A stretch of 50,631 nucleotides of DNA from an uncultured Eubacteriales bacterium (GTDB taxonomy: Bacteria > Bacillota_I > Bacilli_A > RF39 > UBA660). Under the pieces are notes generated by a model. That model did no database searches. It had not been told where the DNA came from and saw nothing but the letters and a program-made list of their open reading frames with translations. Positions 45,255 through 50,631 of the stretch are shown here, in pieces. Both the position numbers and the translations under genes were made by a program. The stretch covers positions 1 through 50,631 of the forward strand of contig ONSL01000002.1 in assembly GCA_900320505.1 (NCBI GenBank), in the 5' to 3' direction. Every line of letters begins with the position of its first letter. Position 1 is the stretch's first letter.

Positions 45255-45884
45255 TTAATAATAAATCCTACTTTTAATATCAGAATCTAATAAAGATACA
45301 AAATTCTTAGCATCTTCATCTGTTCCAACAACAGTCTTATAATGAATTGGAATAGCATATTTTGGCTTAATAATATTAATAAGTTTAGCAGCTTCTTTAT
45401 AATTCATAGTATATGTGCCACCAACCGGAACAAAAGAAACATCACATTTAACTTCTTTAGCTTCATTAGTTGCATCGGTATCTCCAGCTATATAATAAAC
45501 ATAAGAAGAAATATTAATCAAATATGAAATCCAATTATTACTTTTAGGATGATAAGGCTTATTTATATTATAAGCGGGAAGTGTACTAAAAGATATGCCA
45601 CAAACACTATAATTATTATTAGGACTAACTAAAATAATATTATCTAGATGAACACCTAAACTTAAAGTTTTATCTTTTAAATCAGTAGGAACAACTAACA
45701 TAGTATCATCTTTCATAACCTTCTCTATGGAAGAAGGAGAAAAATGATCATAATGACTATGAGTTATAAATATAATATCAGCATCATTATAATTCTTATC
45801 AATTAAATAAGGATCAAAATAAATTATTTTATCTCTACTTATCTTAATACTACTTTGAGAAAAAATTTCAATACCATCTAACAT
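45255..45884 (-). CDS. MBL-fold metallo-hydrolase
   Basis: ITHSHYDH motif. GAGGT SD before the ATG at 45884. Confidence 0.7.
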   Translation of the reverse strand: MLDGIEIFSQSSIKISRDKIIYFDPYLIDKNYNDADIIFITHSHYDHFSPSSIEKVMKDDTMLVVPTDLKDKTLSLGVHLDNIILVSPNNNYSVCGISFSTLPAYNINKPYHPKSNNWISYLINISSYVYYIAGDTDATNEAKEVKCDVSFVPVGGTYTMNYKEAAKLINIIKPKYAIPIHYKTVVGTDEDAKNFVSLLDSDIKSRIYY

Positions 45885-45958
45885 ATTAACCTCGCAAATA
45901 TAATTCATAAAATATTAGAATTAATATATAAAAAACTCTAAAAGAGTTAAAAACAAAA

Positions 45959-46035
45959 TGGTGCTGACTATAGGACTTGAACCTACAACCTACGCGTTAC
46001 GAGTGCGTTGCTCTACCAAATTGAGCCAAGTCAGC
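45959..46035 (-). tRNA. tRNA-Thr (anticodon CGT), CCA encoded
   Basis: GCTGACTTGGCTCAATTTGGTAGAGCAACGCACTCGTAACGCGTAGGTTGTAGGTTCAAGTCCTATAGTCAGCACCA. The anticodon loop is CTCGTAA. It closely resembles E. coli thrW as I recall it. Confidence 0.85.
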
Positions 46036-46047
46036 AAAAAAAGAAAC

Positions 46048-48225
46048 TTAACGTCTTAAATTTTTAACATCAAGATACATGTCATATTCCTTATTAGTCT
46101 TCTTTTTCACTTTAGGACTACTACTTACTTTTTCACTAATTCTTGTATTTTCTCTTATTTTAGAATTTACATCAAAATAAGCTTCTCCAAGTTCAATAGA
46201 AGTATCAGAGCACTTTAAAGAAAGAACATCACCTAAATAAAAATTAATTCTATTATCAAGTGAAATTAAAGCATAAGACGAACTATCATAATAATATTTA
46301 CCATGTAGCTCTTTTAATCTTACCCTACCTTCTGCACCATTGTCAAGTACAACACTCATACCATCACTACCAATTGAAGAAACAGTACCATTAAAGCTTT
46401 CACCAACATGATTTTTCATATATTCTGCACATTTTAAGTGGAAAACTTCTCTCTCACAATCCTTCTCTTCAACTTCTCTTTCTGAAGCACGAGAAGCAAT
46501 ATAAGAAAGAGAATCATTCCACATATTATTTTTTTCTTTTGTTATATCCTTATCAATAACATAATCATGTAAAAGCATATGAAGTGTAAGATCAGATACT
46601 CTTCTAATTGGAGATGTAAAATGTGTATAGCAAGGATTAGCAAGACCAAAATGACCAGAATTTGAATCACTATAACGTGCTTTCTTCATAGTTCTCAAAA
46701 GTTGATACTTAAGTGTATCACATAAAGGATCATCTTTAAGTCCATCTAGATAAATAGCAATCTCACTAATTACATACGGATTATCATAAATAAAATCATC
46801 ATTATAATTAAGATTACCTAATAGCATTACAAAATCCTTTACCTTACGAACATCAGGTGCATCATGTACTCTGTAAAGTGATGGAAGACCATTTTTTTGC
46901 ATAAGTCTTGCAATAGCACTATTAGCTTCAATCATAAACTCAGAAATTATATTTTCTCCTCTTCCTTCACTTTTTCGTAAGAAACCATTTACTGTTCCAT
47001 CAGGACTAACATCAAGTTTTATCTCATCTCTATTCAAATAAGTAGCTCCATTAAGAATCCTCTTTTTTTGAAGAAGATATGCAAGCAAATCCATATTCTT
47101 TAAAGTTCTGCCAAAACAATTATACCTATTATCGCACTCTTTGCCACTAAGAAAATTATTAACACCACTATAATACATTCTCATTTTAGAATTAATAACA
47201 CTTGGTACAAGTTGAGACTTTAAGAAATTACCATCCTTATCATAATCAATAAAAACAGATAAAGTAAGTCTATCTTCATTTGGATTAAGAGAACAAATAC
47301 CATTTGAAAGTTCAGGAGGAAGCATAGGAATAACCTTATTATCAAGATAAGTACTACATCCTTGATCAAGTGCTCTTTCATATAAAGCAGAATCATATTT
47401 AACATAATGAGAAACATCAGCAATATGAACGCCAAGTCTGAATCCACCACCATCTAAAGAATCCAAACTAACAGCATCATCAAAATCTCTTGTATCATCA
47501 CCATCTATAGTAAATATTTTCTTATCCCTTAAATCAACTCTTCCAAACATTTCATCAGGAAGAACAATTTGTGGAATATTTGAAACCTCTTCTTTTACAT
47601 CATCACTAAACTCATCATTAACACCATGACTATAAGCAATTACCTTTTCAAGAGTACCTTTATCTTCTGCAAAACCTATATAATTAATAACATTGCCTAA
47701 ATAAAAATTACCATCCATCTTTTCAGATAATTTAACATACACTTTCATTGAAGGAGTATAAGATCCATTTGGAAGTTTAATAATAATATGCTTATACCTT
47801 TCATTTTCAGGAACAACATAATAGCTACCTCCATCTTTTTTTATTTCACCAACTACTTTATCAAAAGATCTTTTAATAACACTTATGCATCTATTATGAT
47901 TATTACTTGTATCAATTATTACCTTATCACCATCAACAGCATCTCCGCAATCATTCCTATCAATTAAATAATCATTACCATCGATAGAAACAACACCAGA
48001 AAAATCTTTATTAACTTTAAAATATCCTACTTTAAAAGAAGTTTTAGAAAAAAGAACATAATTATCTTTAGGTGTCTTGTAAATTAAATTATCATCTACC
48101 ATATCATTTAATTTAGCTTCTAATTCATTTAGATTAATATCACAAACTTGACTCAATTTATTATAAATTTTTTCTAAACTAATAGGCTTTTTCGCTTTCT
48201 TTAAAATATTTAATACATCATCCAT
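46048..48225 (-). CDS. rnr: ribonuclease R
   Basis: RNB-domain motifs (IDGDDTRDFDDAV, HFGL...YTHFTSPIRR), a C-terminal S1 domain and a basic tail. GGAGAGG SD before the ATG at 48225. Confidence 0.9.
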   Translation of the reverse strand: MDDVLNILKKAKKPISLEKIYNKLSQVCDINLNELEAKLNDMVDDNLIYKTPKDNYVLFSKTSFKVGYFKVNKDFSGVVSIDGNDYLIDRNDCGDAVDGDKVIIDTSNNHNRCISVIKRSFDKVVGEIKKDGGSYYVVPENERYKHIIIKLPNGSYTPSMKVYVKLSEKMDGNFYLGNVINYIGFAEDKGTLEKVIAYSHGVNDEFSDDVKEEVSNIPQIVLPDEMFGRVDLRDKKIFTIDGDDTRDFDDAVSLDSLDGGGFRLGVHIADVSHYVKYDSALYERALDQGCSTYLDNKVIPMLPPELSNGICSLNPNEDRLTLSVFIDYDKDGNFLKSQLVPSVINSKMRMYYSGVNNFLSGKECDNRYNCFGRTLKNMDLLAYLLQKKRILNGATYLNRDEIKLDVSPDGTVNGFLRKSEGRGENIISEFMIEANSAIARLMQKNGLPSLYRVHDAPDVRKVKDFVMLLGNLNYNDDFIYDNPYVISEIAIYLDGLKDDPLCDTLKYQLLRTMKKARYSDSNSGHFGLANPCYTHFTSPIRRVSDLTLHMLLHDYVIDKDITKEKNNMWNDSLSYIASRASEREVEEKDCEREVFHLKCAEYMKNHVGESFNGTVSSIGSDGMSVVLDNGAEGRVRLKELHGKYYYDSSSYALISLDNRINFYLGDVLSLKCSDTSIELGEAYFDVNSKIRENTRISEKVSSSPKVKKKTNKEYDMYLDVKNLRR

Positions 48226-48334
48226 AAGAACCTCTCCCCTAACTAATTCCAATATACTACATTTTAAAAAAAATAAAAATAAAAATTTACACATTTTTAA
48301 AAATAATATATAATTTTTATAAAGTAGGTGTGAT

Positions 48335-49216
48335 ATGGCAAGAATAAAAAATAATAAATTAAAACAGTTAATATCTTATATATTAATAACTGTAGGAACA
48401 TTACTTGCAACTTATGCAGTAGAATGCTTTCTAATACCAAATGCAATGTTAGATAGTGGTGTAACAGGAATATCAATAATAATATCTAAACTCACAAAAA
48501 TACAAATGAGCATATTAACAATAATTATAAATATACCACTTGTATATATAGGATATAAAAGTATAGGAAAAGAATTCTTAAAAAAATCAATATACGCAAT
48601 AATAATATATTCAGTAGGATTATATTACTTCTCTCACTTTGAAAGTGTAACAAACAATATGCTATTAGTAGCAGTATATGGAGGAGCACTTTTAGGACTA
48701 GGAACAGGACTGGTAATGAGAAATGAAGCGTGTGTAGATGGTATAGAATCAGTTGCAATGGTAATAAACAAGAAATACATGATACCAGTATCAAAAATAA
48801 CACTATCCATAAACATAATAATATTTATAATTGCAGGAATAATATTTGGAGTAGAAAGAGCACTATTCTCAATGCTTACATATTACATAAACTATAGAGT
48901 TGTAGACTTTGTAATATCAGGTCTAGATCAAGGAAAAGCAGCACTCATAATAACAGATAATGATGAAGAAATAACAAAAGAAATATATAGTAAACTTGGA
49001 AGAACAACAACAAAAATAAAAGGAGAAGGATTAATATCAGGTAATAAAAGCATATTATACTGTGTACTTACAAGACTTGAAATACCAGAACTAAAAAGAA
49101 TAATAGAAGATTTAGATGATAATTCATTTATAACAATATCAGATGTATCAGAAATAATCGGAACAAATGTAAAATCTAAATCTAAAATAAAGAAAATACT
49201 AAAAAAGAAGGCATAG
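48335..49216 (+). CDS. YitT-family membrane protein (with C-terminal DUF2179 domain)
   Basis: Polytopic N-terminal part. The C-terminal part has LTRLEIPELKRII...FITISDV, typical of DUF2179. Confidence 0.75.
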   Translation: MARIKNNKLKQLISYILITVGTLLATYAVECFLIPNAMLDSGVTGISIIISKLTKIQMSILTIIINIPLVYIGYKSIGKEFLKKSIYAIIIYSVGLYYFSHFESVTNNMLLVAVYGGALLGLGTGLVMRNEACVDGIESVAMVINKKYMIPVSKITLSINIIIFIIAGIIFGVERALFSMLTYYINYRVVDFVISGLDQGKAALIITDNDEEITKEIYSKLGRTTTKIKGEGLISGNKSILYCVLTRLEIPELKRIIEDLDDNSFITISDVSEIIGTNVKSKSKIKKILKKKA

Positions 49217-49227
49217 CCTTCCTTTTT
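49206..49227. terminator. bidirectional intrinsic terminator
   Basis: GAAGGC-ata-GCCTTC followed by CTTTTTT, with an A-run on the other side. Confidence 0.65.
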
Positions 49228-49547
49228 TATATTAAACCAGTTAAGTCTTTTCTAGACTTTAAATAATCAAAATTTTTAATAACATCAATTAATCTACTCT
49301 TATAAAAATCTTTGCTATCAATATCATGAATAATATCACTAACTCTTATAAAAAGTTGTAAATCAATAACGTAAGAATCAACTGCACTATTTGCATCTAA
49401 AAACTTATATAATCCCTTATTCTTATTAATTGAATCAATCCTACCATCAACATAATCTTTTAAATCCTTATTATTATAACTTCCAGCTAGATTCTTTGCC
49501 ATATTAAGATCATCTAAATTGTTCTTTAATACATTATCAATACTCAT
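49227..49547 (-). CDS. hypothetical protein (106 aa)
   Basis: Intact ORF with GAGGTGAAAGG SD. No motif recognised. Confidence 0.5.
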   Translation of the reverse strand: MSIDNVLKNNLDDLNMAKNLAGSYNNKDLKDYVDGRIDSINKNKGLYKFLDANSAVDSYVIDLQLFIRVSDIIHDIDSKDFYKSRLIDVIKNFDYLKSRKDLTGLI

Positions 49548-49559
49548 AACCTTTCACCT

Positions 49560-50192
49560 CTAATTAATCCATTTTTCTATATAATAGCCATACCTAGGAT
49601 CACCCATAACCATTATCTTACACTTTAATTTTAAAATAGAATCCTTGTACTTGTCAAATTCATCCATACTGACAACTAAATATTTAGTATTAATAAACTT
49701 AAAAGTATCCTTACCAAGTTTAGTACTACTAATATCAAGTGCATCTAAATCAAGATTACTAATAGGTCTCAAACTAGGAATATTTGAATTACTAACATAA
49801 ATTCTCTTTAAATTATTAAGCTTACTTATATAATTTAAATCAAAATTCTTTGGATTAATAATCCTAATACACTTGATATTAGTAAGTTTATTAAAATCTT
49901 TAATATTCTTACTAAAAGTACAATTTCTAAAAACAACACTCTCAAGTCTAGCAAAAGATGAAATAATATCAATCGCTGCATTACTAACCATAGTATCACT
50001 AACTTCTAAATACTTAAGATTCTTAAAATATTTTAAATCATTAAATGAAGTATCACAAGTATGTCCATCATAATCCATACCATCTAAGGTAATGAACTCT
50101 ACTAAAAGAGCGTCACTAATTAAAAGGTCTTTAGGATCTTTATTAAATGATGAAATTAAATATTCGCGAATTGAATTTGTAACAATATCCAT
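49560..50192 (-). CDS. cytoplasmic leucine-rich-repeat protein (210 aa)
   Basis: About 22 aa LRR periodicity (LKYLEVSDTMVSN.., LESVVFRNCTFS.., IKCIRIINPKNF.., LKRIYVSNSNIPSL..., LDALDISSTKL). No signal peptide. Confidence 0.6.
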   Translation of the reverse strand: MDIVTNSIREYLISSFNKDPKDLLISDALLVEFITLDGMDYDGHTCDTSFNDLKYFKNLKYLEVSDTMVSNAAIDIISSFARLESVVFRNCTFSKNIKDFNKLTNIKCIRIINPKNFDLNYISKLNNLKRIYVSNSNIPSLRPISNLDLDALDISSTKLGKDTFKFINTKYLVVSMDEFDKYKDSILKLKCKIMVMGDPRYGYYIEKWIN

Positions 50193-50279
50193 CTGACCAC
50201 ACTCTTTCTAGTATCATTATACTATTAAAAAGAAAAGAATAACAATTAAACAAGATAGTATAAGTGTAAAGAATGTAAA

Positions 50280-50555
50280 TTAATTAAAAAAGTCATTAAT
50301 ATCATCATCTACTTCATAATATCGACTACCCATATCATAAAAGCATCTAGTATCACGATTAAATCTTATCAAAATAAAATTTCTGTTGAGAGAAGTCATC
50401 TCCTCAAATGGAAATCTAATAATAGATGGAGTATTAAAGCCTACTCCAAATTCTAAAAGTAAAAGTTTTTTACCTTTATACTCATTTAAGAAAACATTAT
50501 AGGTTGTACAATAAATAGTGTTGGTGGTGATAAAAAATAGTATAGAAAAAGACAT
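50280..50555 (-). pseudogene. C-terminal fragment of a SIR2-family (NAD-dependent deacylase-like) gene
   Basis: KKLLLLEFGVGFNTPSIIRFPFEEMTSLNRNFILIRFN resembles the C-terminal Rossmann strand region of clostridial Sir2-family proteins as I recall them. The frame is closed by a stop immediately upstream of its first ATG, and the N-terminal ~200 aa are absent. Confidence 0.4.
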
Positions 50556-50610
50556 TTAGTCGAGTTACAATATAATTGGAAAAAATATTGAAAGGTCGTG
50601 ACTAAATGTC
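50551..50610. repeat. 11 bp inverted repeat flanking a 38 bp spacer at the truncation point
   Basis: GACATTTAGTC ... GACTAAATGTC. The spacer contains TTACAATATAAT (promoter-like) and GAAAGG. Confidence 0.7.
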
Positions 50611-50631
50611 TATAACAAATTATATATCAGA
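50606..50631 (+). CDS. 5' end of an unknown plus-strand ORF running off the window
   Basis: ATG inside the right repeat arm, with GAAAGG 10 nt upstream. Only MSITNYIS... is visible. Confidence 0.25.

Overview
A 50.6 kb chromosomal segment, very AT-rich by eye (about 25-30% G+C, not computed). It looks like a low-GC Bacillota genome (Erysipelotrichia/Clostridia-like): there is a T-box leader, a sortase with an LPXTG-like substrate, FemAB, cdaA-cdaR, GGAGG-type Shine-Dalgarno sites, and intrinsic terminators after most operons. The genetic code is standard, since the long ORFs (LeuS 938 aa, GH31 810 aa, RNase R 748 aa) have no internal TGA. About 85% of genes lie on the minus strand.

Content is mainly cell-envelope and translation housekeeping:
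- Cell wall: LysM amidase, SLT transglycosylase, two FemAB paralogues, MurJ/YtgP-type flippase, TagO/WecA, MreB/Mbl, a degenerate M23 protein, VanY-type M15 peptidase, S41 Ctp peptidase.
- Membrane and signalling: cdaA-cdaR, cardiolipin synthase, PAP2 phosphatase.
- Translation and RNA: L31, RpiB, LeuS, RlmI, RNase R, tRNA-Asn(GTT), tRNA-Thr(CGT).
- Other: formate-THF ligase, a GH31 enzyme, and a thioester-type adhesin with its own sortase.

I found no CRISPR array, rRNA or intact prophage or IS element. A possible mobile-element or rearrangement boundary sits at the extreme right edge.

Observations most worth follow-up:
1. LeuS carries a ~130-150 aa insertion with a near-canonical Nudix box, just after the CP1 editing domain.
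2. The T-box leader of the leuS operon has, in my hand fold, CCC (Pro) rather than a Leu codon in the specifier position. It is followed by an unknown membrane protein that is translationally coupled to leuS.
3. The GH31 enzyme keeps the nucleophile Asp but has Ser where the family's acid/base Asp (WxGD motif) belongs.
4. The fhs leader contains two near-identical long hairpins with interchangeable arms, an attenuator-like topology.
5. The pilin-type sortase has Lys in place of the catalytic Arg, and the associated sorting motifs are VPNSG and VPDTS.
6. Pseudogene density is unusually high, about 7-8 in 50 kb. Several are single nonsense changes at positions where Trp is expected or plausible.

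All function calls rest on motif recognition by eye. No database searches or RNA-folding programs were run.
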